From an uncultured bacterium (GTDB lineage: Bacteria > Gemmatimonadota > Gemmatimonadetes > Gemmatimonadales > Gemmatimonadaceae), in the NCBI GenBank assembly GCA_963978095.1, contig CAXBQP010000047.1, forward strand, positions 1 to 24,791: a DNA stretch of 24,791 nucleotides. The letters run 5' to 3'. Within the stretch, counting starts at the first letter, position 1, and every line of letters starts with the position of its first letter. Shown here piece after piece: positions 8,531 through 17,632 of this stretch. A program made the position numbers and the translations under genes. Below the pieces are notes generated by a model that did not search any database, was not told where the DNA came from, and was given only the letters and a program-made list of their open reading frames with translations.

Positions 8531-9249
8531 AGGCGTCCCGTCATCGCCCAGAATCGAAGGCGCCAGACCATGGTGACCGCTTCCCGGACGATTCCTTTGT
8601 TCATCTTGGACTGTCCGAGGGTTCGGTCGGCAAAGACGATCGGGATCTCGACGCAGCGGAAGCCCTTTCGGAAGGCCCGGAAGCTCATCTCGATCTGGAA
8701 GCCGTAGCCGTTGGACCGTACGTCGGCCAGATCGATGGCCTCGAGAACGCGTCGGTGGAAGCATTTGAAGCCACCGGTTGCATCCCAGAGCCTCATGCCG
8801 GTGACGATTCGGACGTAGACGTTGGCGAAGTAACTCAGGAGGAGGCGCGACATCGGCCAGTTGACCACCGTCACGCGCCCGTCGAGGTAGCGGGATCCGA
8901 GGACGAAGTCGGCCCCTTGGGCGGCCGCGAGGAACTGCGGGAGGTGGCTCGGGTCGTGGGAGAAGTCGGCGTCCATCTCGAAGATGTACTCGTAGTCCCG
9001 GCGGAGCGCCCAGCCGAAACCATCCCGGTAGGCCGTGCCCAGTCCCATCTTGCCCGGACGCCGCATGAGGTGGACCCGTGGGTTCTGCTGGCCGATCGCT
9101 TCCACGATATCACCGGTTCCGTCCGGCGAGTTGTCGTCCACGATCAACATCTCAAGGCGCTCGTCCTTGGGCAGCACGGCGTCGATCAACGCGCGGATAT
9201 TCTCCTTTTCGTTGTACGTCGGGACGATGATCAGGGCCTTGTCACTCAT
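8527..9249 (-). CDS. Polyprenol monophosphomannose synthase-like GT2 (DPM1/Ppm1 family)
   Basis: Motifs IVPTYNE, VDDNSPDGTG, GLGTAY, MDADFSH, GSRY, DATGGFK, GYGFQIE. An alternative TTG start lies at 9255. Confidence 0.9.
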   Translation of the reverse strand: MSDKALIIVPTYNEKENIRALIDAVLPKDERLEMLIVDDNSPDGTGDIVEAIGQQNPRVHLMRRPGKMGLGTAYRDGFGWALRRDYEYIFEMDADFSHDPSHLPQFLAAAQGADFVLGSRYLDGRVTVVNWPMSRLLLSYFANVYVRIVTGMRLWDATGGFKCFHRRVLEAIDLADVRSNGYGFQIEMSFRAFRKGFRCVEIPIVFADRTLGQSKMNKGIVREAVTMVWRLRFWAMTGRL

Positions 9250-9251
9250 GC

Positions 9252-11666
9252 TCAAACGGTCGCTCCACGGGGTGTCCGGCGGCGACCGACCACTGCCCCG
9301 CCCACGACGGCGAGGAGCGCGATGAGCGTGGCGACAAGCGTCACCGTCTTGCCGGTGTGGTAGGTGGCGCTATCGAAGGTCAGCTCCACCCGGGTGGCCC
9401 CCTCGGGCAGCGGGACCCCCATCAACACGTAATCCGCCCGCTCGACGTTCCCGGGCTTCCCGTCGATTGTGGCATGCCACCCGGGATAATAGTTCTCGCT
9501 GACGACCAACGCGGAACCCTTCGGGGCCGGCGTGGAGAGGGCAAAGATCATGTGACCGGCGTCGTACGTCGAGACCGTCGCGGAGATGTCGAGCGGCGGG
9601 GGCGGCGTGGTGATCTGCACCCCCGCCACCTTGGCGGCGGTGTCGAACAGCGCCAGTGAACGGGTCGGAAAGTTCGGAGACTTCACGGCCTCGAGCACCG
9701 CCGCGTCCGGGAACTTCATGATGGCGGGCGCAACCCACGCCAGCGAGTGCTCGCCTGGCAGCTTGAAGAGGCTGACGGGCGTACCGGCCGCATTCTTGGC
9801 CCCACGCACGAGGACCGTCGCGCCCGGGATCGGGAGCGAGTCGGTGTTGGTAAGCAAGTAGCCGGAGTTACTGAGGGCCCAGAAGGTGGGATTCCCCATC
9901 TGGTCGTATCCCTGGTCCTTGCCGTCGAACTGCTGATATCGGCCGAGTTCATTTCCGTGATAGCCGATCAGCGATTGGCGGATTCCCTGCACCATCAATC
10001 CGTCCCCTTCCAGGAAGGGATCGCGTCGCGCGCCAGGAAAGGTGGGAAGCGCAAAGGCAATGACGCGCGTCGGTTGCGTCTCCCGCTTCACGACCTCGAG
10101 CGCCATGTCGCTGGCGTACAGCTCCTGCGCCGGACGGGTGAAGTCCCAGTACAGCCGCTCCACACTGAAGAGGTCGACGGCGGTGATGGCGACCATCGCC
10201 CAGCCGGCCAGTCGCGCGTTGAGCTTGCGCATCGAGAGCAGCAACAGCACGCCGCACGCGGCGGCAACGAACACCAGTGAGCGGAGGGCGCCCACGCGCA
10301 CCGCGTCCGCATTGGCATCAACGCGCTGCCCGAGATCGGGATTCACGGCGACCGCGTTCCCGATCGCGGTGAACCCGCCGACCATCGCGAAGACGGTGAT
10401 CACACTTCCGGCGATCAGCCAGCCGTAGGCGAAGCGGCTGCCCTTGCCACCGGTGAGCACACGTTCGGCGCCGAGCGCGGCCAGCGCTGCGATTGCGAAA
10501 CTGTTCACGTACATGATCGTCATCGGGGCACGGAAGAACTTCGTGCCGGGGACAATCGCGTACACCAGTTGGTAGAACGGCGTGAAGCCGCCGAAGGCCC
10601 AGAACAGCGTGATCAGCATGGTTCCAAGCCAGAACCACGCGAACTTCCTGCGAGCCCCAGCCCAGCCGGAGAGCCCAGCGGTCGCCAGCAGGAGGACGGC
10701 ACTGCCGACGTACTCACTGTGGAAATGAATGCCGTTCCTGCCCCAATAACTGTCGAGAATGCCGGAGAACTGGGGCAGGTACGTATTGATGATCTCTTCG
10801 AGAGGCAAAGAGAACGACGTCGAGTACGAATAGTCGCGACCGCCGGAGCGCGGAGACCAGTCGACATACTCCTTGACGGGCAGATACTGAATGGCACCGA
10901 TCGCCAGGCCGAGCACCACTGCGCCGAGCGCCAAGCCCAGACGCTGGACGGCGACGCTGGTCGAGAGTCTGTCATTGCCCTCGCCGGCGAAGGCCAGAAA
11001 GAGCGCCCAGGAGCCGGCGGTCAGCAGCAGGTACTGCAACAGCTGCGGATGCGGCGACAGCACGGCCAGCCCGACGACCAGCGACAACACCCCCCACGCC
11101 CACTGTTTGCCGTCGCGCATCGCCCAGGTGATCACGAGGAGCACCACGGGAAACAGCGCCGACACGAACAGTTTGCCGTCGTGCCCCGCCGACACGAGCG
11201 ACGACACTTGTCCGCTCATCATGTACGCGACTCCACCAACGAGCGCGGCAAAAAACGAGAGTCGCCCCGCCAGACGCAGGAACCAATAGGTCGCCAATCC
11301 GGACAGGAAGAAATGCAGGATCATCCCGCACGCCATCGCCGTCCCCACGGGCATGATCAGCCGCAGCAGGAAGGTCGGGTAGAAGATGTCGCCGTGCATG
11401 GCGGCCACGAACGGCATGCCGCCGAAGAGATACGGATTCCACTGCGGGATCGCCCCGTGTGCCTTGAAGTACTCGGCGGCGAAGTTCCGGAAGGCGTATC
11501 CCGCGATGTACTGATCGCTGTTGATGTTGCCGAGGAACTTCCCGGTCAGCACCGGCCACGAGAGCGAGAGGGCGCACAGGCCGTACACAAGGGCCGCCCA
11601 CGCCGAAGCGAATGGGGGCGCGGCAGGGGCTTCGGAAGTCGCAGTCGAAACGGGCGTGCGAGCCAT
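9252..11666 (-). CDS. YfhO-family polytopic membrane protein (GT-C-like glycosyltransferase)
   Basis: PQWNPYLFGGMPF...FYP near the N-terminus, many TM helices, and C-terminal LVVSENYYPGW-x-A-x-IDG...GV-x-LP-x-G followed by a final TM, typical of YfhO. Confidence 0.85.
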   Translation of the reverse strand: MARTPVSTATSEAPAAPPFASAWAALVYGLCALSLSWPVLTGKFLGNINSDQYIAGYAFRNFAAEYFKAHGAIPQWNPYLFGGMPFVAAMHGDIFYPTFLLRLIMPVGTAMACGMILHFFLSGLATYWFLRLAGRLSFFAALVGGVAYMMSGQVSSLVSAGHDGKLFVSALFPVVLLVITWAMRDGKQWAWGVLSLVVGLAVLSPHPQLLQYLLLTAGSWALFLAFAGEGNDRLSTSVAVQRLGLALGAVVLGLAIGAIQYLPVKEYVDWSPRSGGRDYSYSTSFSLPLEEIINTYLPQFSGILDSYWGRNGIHFHSEYVGSAVLLLATAGLSGWAGARRKFAWFWLGTMLITLFWAFGGFTPFYQLVYAIVPGTKFFRAPMTIMYVNSFAIAALAALGAERVLTGGKGSRFAYGWLIAGSVITVFAMVGGFTAIGNAVAVNPDLGQRVDANADAVRVGALRSLVFVAAACGVLLLLSMRKLNARLAGWAMVAITAVDLFSVERLYWDFTRPAQELYASDMALEVVKRETQPTRVIAFALPTFPGARRDPFLEGDGLMVQGIRQSLIGYHGNELGRYQQFDGKDQGYDQMGNPTFWALSNSGYLLTNTDSLPIPGATVLVRGAKNAAGTPVSLFKLPGEHSLAWVAPAIMKFPDAAVLEAVKSPNFPTRSLALFDTAAKVAGVQITTPPPPLDISATVSTYDAGHMIFALSTPAPKGSALVVSENYYPGWHATIDGKPGNVERADYVLMGVPLPEGATRVELTFDSATYHTGKTVTLVATLIALLAVVGGAVVGRRRTPRGATV

Positions 11667-11673
11667 GCGTTGG

Positions 11674-12612
11674 TCAGGAAGTAGGCGGAGGAACCGTCCG
11701 GGCCGCAGACGGGGAACGACTGAAGACGAGCCACAACAACCCGGGCACGGATTCGAGCACTGTGAGCCAGAGCCGAGAGACGACGATCAGCAGCAATGCG
11801 TCGGGCACCGGATGCAATGCCGTCGCGGCGAGCAAACGCTGGAGCACCTCTTCTCGGGCGCCGAGTCCACCAGGGGAGAGGAGGAACACATAACCGGCAA
11901 GATACGACAGAGTGAAAACTGCGACGTAGGACGCCGTCGTGCCACTGGTGGCGCCGAACAGTGCCGCGGCCAGTAGCCGGAAAGCCACGCCGTACATGGT
12001 CCAGGCGACGGTGCATCCCGCGAGGGCCAGGAAAATTGCTGACGGGGGCACACTGGGTTCCGCAATCGGACGGCGCAGGACGGAGGACGCGAGCCGGGCG
12101 AGCAACGGCAGCAGCCAAGGTGTTGCGAGCGCCAATGCCGTCGCAATGGCGAGCATCGGCATGACGCTCGCTCCCTCGATCAGTCGCGCGGCGGTCACCA
12201 GCACGACGAGCATGCCGGCCAACAGATTCACGAGATTCACGACCAGCGACGAACCCACCGCCGCGATCGCGGGAACCCCGCTCTGCTCGGCGAGGACAGT
12301 CATCGCGCCGATTTGCCAGACTTTGCCGGGGACATATTTGCCCAGATTGCTCACGAACCAGATGCGCGCCGCATCCCCCCACCCGATGCTCGCCCCCCAA
12401 GCCATGACGGTGCGGCGCCAGGTCTCGATCAATACGGCATAGCTCCCCAGAACCACCAAGCCGGAGATGACGAGCATTCCCCACGCCGGATGCAGTTCAT
12501 CCCAGCGGCTTCCGATGGCCGCGCGCTGCGCCACAAGCGATCTCCCGAAATACCAGAGCACGAGGGCGACAGCCACGGTGCTGAGCGCGCGACCCCAGGT
12601 GGACTTAGGCAC
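11674..12612 (-). CDS. Flippase-like membrane protein (lysylphosphatidylglycerol synthase TM / UPF0104 family)
   Basis: Motifs W...SNLGKYVPGKVW, SPGGLGARE, SRLW, with about 8 TM segments. GTG start at 12612 is inferred. Confidence 0.8.
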   Translation of the reverse strand: MPKSTWGRALSTVAVALVLWYFGRSLVAQRAAIGSRWDELHPAWGMLVISGLVVLGSYAVLIETWRRTVMAWGASIGWGDAARIWFVSNLGKYVPGKVWQIGAMTVLAEQSGVPAIAAVGSSLVVNLVNLLAGMLVVLVTAARLIEGASVMPMLAIATALALATPWLLPLLARLASSVLRRPIAEPSVPPSAIFLALAGCTVAWTMYGVAFRLLAAALFGATSGTTASYVAVFTLSYLAGYVFLLSPGGLGAREEVLQRLLAATALHPVPDALLLIVVSRLWLTVLESVPGLLWLVFSRSPSAARTVPPPTS

Positions 12613-13774
12613 GGGTGATCGCCTGTCGGTAAATGTCGCGGTAGCGGGCGGCGGCCACCGTTGGATCGAACCGTTCACGTATCGCGCTGGCGGCCGCAAG
12701 ACCCCGTCGGGTGCGTTCGGCCGGGTCGGAGATGACGGCGCTCATCGCACGAGCGAGCGCGGCAGTATCACCCGGCGTGACGAGCCATCCGGTCGTTCCG
12801 TCTCGCACGACGTCCGGCAGGCCGCCGCCCGAGTAGCCGATAGTCGGGGTATGGCAGCACGCGGCCTCGACGGCGACGAGCCCCAAGCCCTCCTTGTCGC
12901 TGGGGACCACGATCGCCGTCGCCCGTCGATATAGCGCCGGGAGTTCCGATGGTGGCTGCATGCCGAGCCAAGCGATCCGGTCGCTCACGCCGAGCGAAAC
13001 GGCACGAGCGCGCAGCGCGGCCGCATCCTCGCCATCCCCTACGATGTCGAGCTGTGCGGACGGGTCGACCGCCGCGAATGCCGTCAGGAGGTCCGCAACT
13101 CCCTTCTGGGCATTCAGCCGGCCGACGAAAAGGAATCGCGCGCGCTCCGCCGGCGCGGCGGTGGGGCTGAAGCGCGCGAGATCGATCGGCATCGGTGCGA
13201 GCTGGGCCACGTGACCTGGGCACAGTTCCGCCACTTCATCGGCGAGAAAATCCGAGACCGCGGCCACGACCGCGGAACGCCGCATCACGCGCCGCATCAG
13301 CCCGACGGCGCTGGAGCGCCCCTTGGCCAGCCGCACGTCGGAGCCATGGACGGTGGTCACGAGCGGTGTCCGCCCCGCCCCGCCGAGTGCGCTGAGGCCG
13401 CCCGGGAACCACCAGTGCGCGTGGACCACATCCGGTGCCTCGTGCGCGATCGCACGCCGCATCGCGAAGGCACCGGCGGCGACGAGTCCTGCGAGCGACG
13501 CCACGCCTTTGGCACGGGAGGCCTGCGACGCCATGGTCCCCGAGTAGGCGAGCGTCTCCCATGCACGAGGCGCGTAGCGATAGCGCTGCACGCGCACGTT
13601 CTCAATCACCGTCTCCGGCTCGAGACCCTCAGCCGACGGGGTGAGCACCGTGATGCGGGTGCCGTCCGCCTGCAAGGCGACGGCCAGGCGCAGCAGGAAG
13701 TTCCCGGCGATATCGCCCGGGAAACGGGGGAACGAGTGCGCGATCCACAGCGCTCGGAGCGGCGGCTGGCTCAG
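12605..13774 (-). CDS. Glycosyltransferase family 4 (GT-B)
   Basis: Motifs DVVHAHW, TVHGSD, FVGRLNAQKG, EGLGLVAVEA. The GT4 N-terminus LRALWIAHSFPRFPGDIAGNF lies upstream of the ORF-track start, so the start is placed at CTG 13774. Confidence 0.88.
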   Translation of the reverse strand: MSQPPLRALWIAHSFPRFPGDIAGNFLLRLAVALQADGTRITVLTPSAEGLEPETVIENVRVQRYRYAPRAWETLAYSGTMASQASRAKGVASLAGLVAAGAFAMRRAIAHEAPDVVHAHWWFPGGLSALGGAGRTPLVTTVHGSDVRLAKGRSSAVGLMRRVMRRSAVVAAVSDFLADEVAELCPGHVAQLAPMPIDLARFSPTAAPAERARFLFVGRLNAQKGVADLLTAFAAVDPSAQLDIVGDGEDAAALRARAVSLGVSDRIAWLGMQPPSELPALYRRATAIVVPSDKEGLGLVAVEAACCHTPTIGYSGGGLPDVVRDGTTGWLVTPGDTAALARAMSAVISDPAERTRRGLAAASAIRERFDPTVAAARYRDIYRQAITRA

Positions 13775-14730
13775 TGCCCGGTCCCCTCGCGCCGCTGCTC
13801 ATCCACCGTCCGACGCAGTTCGCGCTGTTCGGCACGCAGTACCGCAATCTGCTCACCGATGATGCCGGTCGAAAAGAACACGGAGCCGAGGATGAGGCAG
13901 GTCTGGATGAGCGTCCACACCGAGCGCTGGCCCACCCCCTCGGTAAAGAGGAGAATCACCGCCACGATACCGGCGAGAAACCCGAGCGCAAAGAGCGCCG
14001 CCCCCAGCATGCCGAAGGCGAGCAACGGCTTCTGTCCGAATCGGAGTTCGAACCATACCGAGAGCATGTCGAGCACGCCGATCGGGATTCGCGAGAGTCC
14101 GAACTTCGAGGCGCCGGCATTCCGTGGATAGAGCGGCACGGGGATCTCGCTCACCGTATACCCCTGCGCGTGGGCCAGGACGATCATGAAGCGGTGCCAA
14201 TCCGGACGCACCGGTTGAGCCTCCATGATCTCGCGCCGGTAGGCTTTCACGTTGTTCAGGTCGCGCACCGGGACCTTGAAGAGTGTCCTGCTGAGCCTGT
14301 TGTAGATCCCGGATACGAACGCCTTCTCGTAGACCCCCTGTTTGTACCCGGTGACCATGTCCGCATCGCCCGCCATGATCGGGGCGACGAGTCGCGGAAT
14401 GTCCTCCGGCTTGAACTGCAGGTCGGCCGGATAGAATACGAGGATCTCGCCGCGCGCTGCGAGATACCCGGAACGGAGTGCATCCGCGATTCCCCGTTGG
14501 CTCCGGTGGCGGATGGCGCGCACGAAGGGAAAGCGCGCCTGCAACGCCGCGAGGACGGCTGGGGTATCGTCCGTCGAACCATCATCGATCACGAGGACCT
14601 CGTAGACCGCAGCATCATCGCGGAAGGCGGCCTCGCAGAGCTCCATGAACAGGGGGAGGTTCTCGGCCTCGTCCTTGGCGGGAACGAGAACGGATACGTC
14701 GATGTGCGCAGCGGTGATGGTGCCGATCAT
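13771..14730 (-). CDS. Glycosyltransferase family 2 with two C-terminal TMs (undecaprenyl-phosphate glycosyltransferase, ArnC/GtrB-like)
   Basis: Motifs SVLVPAKDE, IDDGSTD, ADLQF-x-PED, R-x-AG-x-SKF, C-terminal TM pair and GIIGE. Confidence 0.9.
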   Translation of the reverse strand: MIGTITAAHIDVSVLVPAKDEAENLPLFMELCEAAFRDDAAVYEVLVIDDGSTDDTPAVLAALQARFPFVRAIRHRSQRGIADALRSGYLAARGEILVFYPADLQFKPEDIPRLVAPIMAGDADMVTGYKQGVYEKAFVSGIYNRLSRTLFKVPVRDLNNVKAYRREIMEAQPVRPDWHRFMIVLAHAQGYTVSEIPVPLYPRNAGASKFGLSRIPIGVLDMLSVWFELRFGQKPLLAFGMLGAALFALGFLAGIVAVILLFTEGVGQRSVWTLIQTCLILGSVFFSTGIIGEQIAVLRAEQRELRRTVDEQRREGTGH

Positions 14731-16319
14731 ACGCGTTTCCTCATGCGGGCGGAACGTACGCCCAGTTGGTCCCGGTACTTCGCGACGGTACGACGCGCAA
14801 TCTTGATGCCCTCGGCTTCGAGGCGCTCCACGATGTCCTGGTCGGTGAGCGGCGTGAAGGGATCCTCGTTCTTGACCATGGATTCGATGGTGGCCTTGAT
14901 GCCGCGGGCCGAGACGTCATCCCCGTCCACCGTGGCAAGGCCCGAGGAGAAGAAGTACTTGAGCGGAAGCACGCCGCGTGGGGTCTGCGCGTATTTGTCG
15001 TTGGTGACGCGACTGATGGTGGACTCGTGCATCCCGATGGCGTCCGCGACTTCGCGAAGCGTCAGCGGGCGCAGATACTGCACTCCTTTTTCGAAGAACT
15101 CGTGCTGTCGCTCGACGATGAAGGTCATGACCTTCAGCATCGTCTGGCGACGCTGCTCGATCGCCGAGACGAGCCACTGCGCGGCGTTGAGCTTTCCGGC
15201 AACGAACTCCTTCTGTTCGGCGTCGAATCGCTTCTTGTCACGCGCCAGCTCCTGATACATCCGGCTGACGCGCACCCGCGGGAGATTGGCATCATTGATG
15301 AACACCAGGTACTCCCCCGCGACCTTCTCCACGATGAAGTCCGGTGTGATGTAGTCGGTGCGATTGCTGCTCTCCGCGCCGTTGGGCTTGGGATTGAGTT
15401 TCGCAACGGCATCGGAGGCGGCTTGCACCTCCTGGGGCGTCACGCCGAGGCGCTTCGCGAGCTCGCCCCACCGGTGTGCGGCAAGTTCGTCGAAATACTC
15501 GCGCACCAAACGCGCCGCGAGGGTGTCGTCCCGTCCGAGCGCCTTCAGTTGCAGCAAGAGGCACTCGCGGAGATCACGTGCGGCCACGCCGGCCGGTTCC
15601 AGGGTTTGGACGAGCGCGATCGCGGCCTTCGCCTCTGACACGGTGTAGTACGGGAGATCGTCCGTCTCGCGATCCATCGCCTCAGCGGCGTTCCGGATGC
15701 TCGCGTTGAGCGACGCGATGATCTCGTCGGCCGAGGCGCCCAAGAAGCCGTCCTGATCCAGGTTGCCCAGGACTTCGTCCGCGATCACGCGCTGGCGTGG
15801 TGTGAGCGTGAGGTACTCGAGTTGATCGCGGAGCGAGTCCAGCAGGGAGGCCTGGGCTCCCGATACGCGCTCGAAGGGATCGAAGGAGTCCTGTGCCGGT
15901 TCGGTGGTGCCGTTCTCCTTTTCATAGCTGTCGTCGAGGAGCGCATCCCAGTCGGGTTCATCATCGGCTGTCGCCTCGATCGGATCGCTTGCCGGCAGCG
16001 TCTCATCCAGCCCGTCGACGTCCGCGTCGGTGTCGCGCTCCAGGTCATCGGGATCACCGGTATCACCGGTATCATTCGAATCGGCGTCGACATCGTCCGC
16101 GAGCTCCTCGGCCGCGGCCTCTCCGTCCGTCTCGTCATCACGCTCGACCTCCTCCATCTCCTCGTCGAGTTCGAGGAACGGGTTGAGTTCGAGCTCAGTC
16201 TTCAAATGGGCTTGCAGATCGAGCAACGGCATGTACAACATGTCCATCGCCTGATACAGGCGTGGATTGATCTTGAGCTCCTGCCCGAGCCTCGCGGTCT
16301 GGCTGAGCCCTGCCCGCAT
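14727..16319 (-). CDS. rpoN: RNA polymerase sigma-54 factor
   Basis: Region I (ELELNPFLE), acidic region II, HTH motif PLTLREVADAIGMHESTISR, and RpoN box ARRTVAKYR. Confidence 0.97.
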   Translation of the reverse strand: MRAGLSQTARLGQELKINPRLYQAMDMLYMPLLDLQAHLKTELELNPFLELDEEMEEVERDDETDGEAAAEELADDVDADSNDTGDTGDPDDLERDTDADVDGLDETLPASDPIEATADDEPDWDALLDDSYEKENGTTEPAQDSFDPFERVSGAQASLLDSLRDQLEYLTLTPRQRVIADEVLGNLDQDGFLGASADEIIASLNASIRNAAEAMDRETDDLPYYTVSEAKAAIALVQTLEPAGVAARDLRECLLLQLKALGRDDTLAARLVREYFDELAAHRWGELAKRLGVTPQEVQAASDAVAKLNPKPNGAESSNRTDYITPDFIVEKVAGEYLVFINDANLPRVRVSRMYQELARDKKRFDAEQKEFVAGKLNAAQWLVSAIEQRRQTMLKVMTFIVERQHEFFEKGVQYLRPLTLREVADAIGMHESTISRVTNDKYAQTPRGVLPLKYFFSSGLATVDGDDVSARGIKATIESMVKNEDPFTPLTDQDIVERLEAEGIKIARRTVAKYRDQLGVRSARMRKRV

Positions 16320-17632
16320 CAGAGCGGTCTCTGCGGCACGAACGCGCCAACGCTGGGGCCGTTGGCGCCACCCGCAGCCTGGGGCGTGGTCGGCGCCAGA
16401 GCCGATGGACTCTCCTGTTCGGCAATGAATCGCGCTCGGAGGCGTGCCGCCAACGTCGGACCCAGATAATTCTTGGCGACGATGTCGTCGAAGACGAGTT
16501 CGCGCACGGTGCCTGACACCTTCACCTGGCCGTCGAACATGATGTAGGCCCGATCCACGATGTCGAGGGTCTGCTCGACGTTGTGATCGGAGATCAGGAC
16601 GCCAATGCCGCGGTCCTTGAGTCCGGCGACAATCTGCTGGATGTCGTGCACGGCGATCGGATCCACCCCGGCGAACGGCTCGTCGAGCATCATGAAGCTC
16701 GGTTCGGTGACCAAGGCACGCGTAATCTCCAGCCGGCGGCGCTCGCCGCCGGAGAGCGCGAACGCCTTGCTCTTGCGCAGGTGCGTGATGTTGAGCTCGC
16801 TGAGCAACATCTCCAGCTTTGCCTCGCGATCGGCGCGGCTCATGTCCAGCGTCTCGAGAATGGCGAGGATGTTCTCCTCGACGGTCAGCTTGCGGAAGAT
16901 CGACGGTTCCTGCGAGAGATACCCGATGCCACGCCGTGCCCGCTGGTACATCGGCATCGCCGTAATATCCTCGTCGTTGTACAGGATCTGCCCCGCGGCC
17001 GGAGGAATCAATCCGACGATCATGTAGAACGTCGTGGTCTTGCCGGCGCCGTTCGGTCCGAGCAGGCCGACGATCTCACCCTGACGCAGTGAAAGCCGCA
17101 CGTCGTTGACGACATTGCGTTTGCGATAGGTCTTGATGAGCCCTCGCGCTTCCAGGACGTTGCCGTTGTGCGACGCATGGGGAGCGCCCGAGGGACGCCG
17201 CGGCAGCGGATGCTCCCCGGTGTGGCGCAGCCCCGCGAGCAACGCGCCGCGAATCGGGCGGATTGTCTCCCAGACGGAGGGGACGACCTGCAGCCGCGCG
17301 CCGGCAGGATTACCAGAGGGTGCCTCCAGCAGCCGGATCGCGTTCGCGCTCGTCAAGCGAGGCACAAGCACCGTCGCGATCAGCGTGCGCACCTCATCCA
17401 GGCTGATGCGCCCGGCTTCGGCGTCGGCATCACGTCCCTCGGCGCGCAGGGAGTCCAGGTACGCGGTGCGCAACTCGACTGCCACATCGTGGAATCCCGC
17501 GATGCCCTGCTCGTCCGCCAGTCGCACCAGCGCGAGAAGGGTGAGCGCGGTCGAACGATCACCGGCCGCATAGCGGTCGATGAGGGCCTGCGCCTGCTGA
17601 AGTTGGGCCGGATCGTGCGGCGTATCGGTCAC
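16319..17632 (-). CDS. lptB: LPS export ABC transporter ATPase with about 157-aa N-terminal extension
   Basis: Motifs [45 protein letters not shown], in the lptC-lptA-lptB-rpoN context. GTG start overlaps the upstream TGA. Confidence 0.93.
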   Translation of the reverse strand: MTDTPHDPAQLQQAQALIDRYAAGDRSTALTLLALVRLADEQGIAGFHDVAVELRTAYLDSLRAEGRDADAEAGRISLDEVRTLIATVLVPRLTSANAIRLLEAPSGNPAGARLQVVPSVWETIRPIRGALLAGLRHTGEHPLPRRPSGAPHASHNGNVLEARGLIKTYRKRNVVNDVRLSLRQGEIVGLLGPNGAGKTTTFYMIVGLIPPAAGQILYNDEDITAMPMYQRARRGIGYLSQEPSIFRKLTVEENILAILETLDMSRADREAKLEMLLSELNITHLRKSKAFALSGGERRRLEITRALVTEPSFMMLDEPFAGVDPIAVHDIQQIVAGLKDRGIGVLISDHNVEQTLDIVDRAYIMFDGQVKVSGTVRELVFDDIVAKNYLGPTLAARLRARFIAEQESPSALAPTTPQAAGGANGPSVGAFVPQRPL

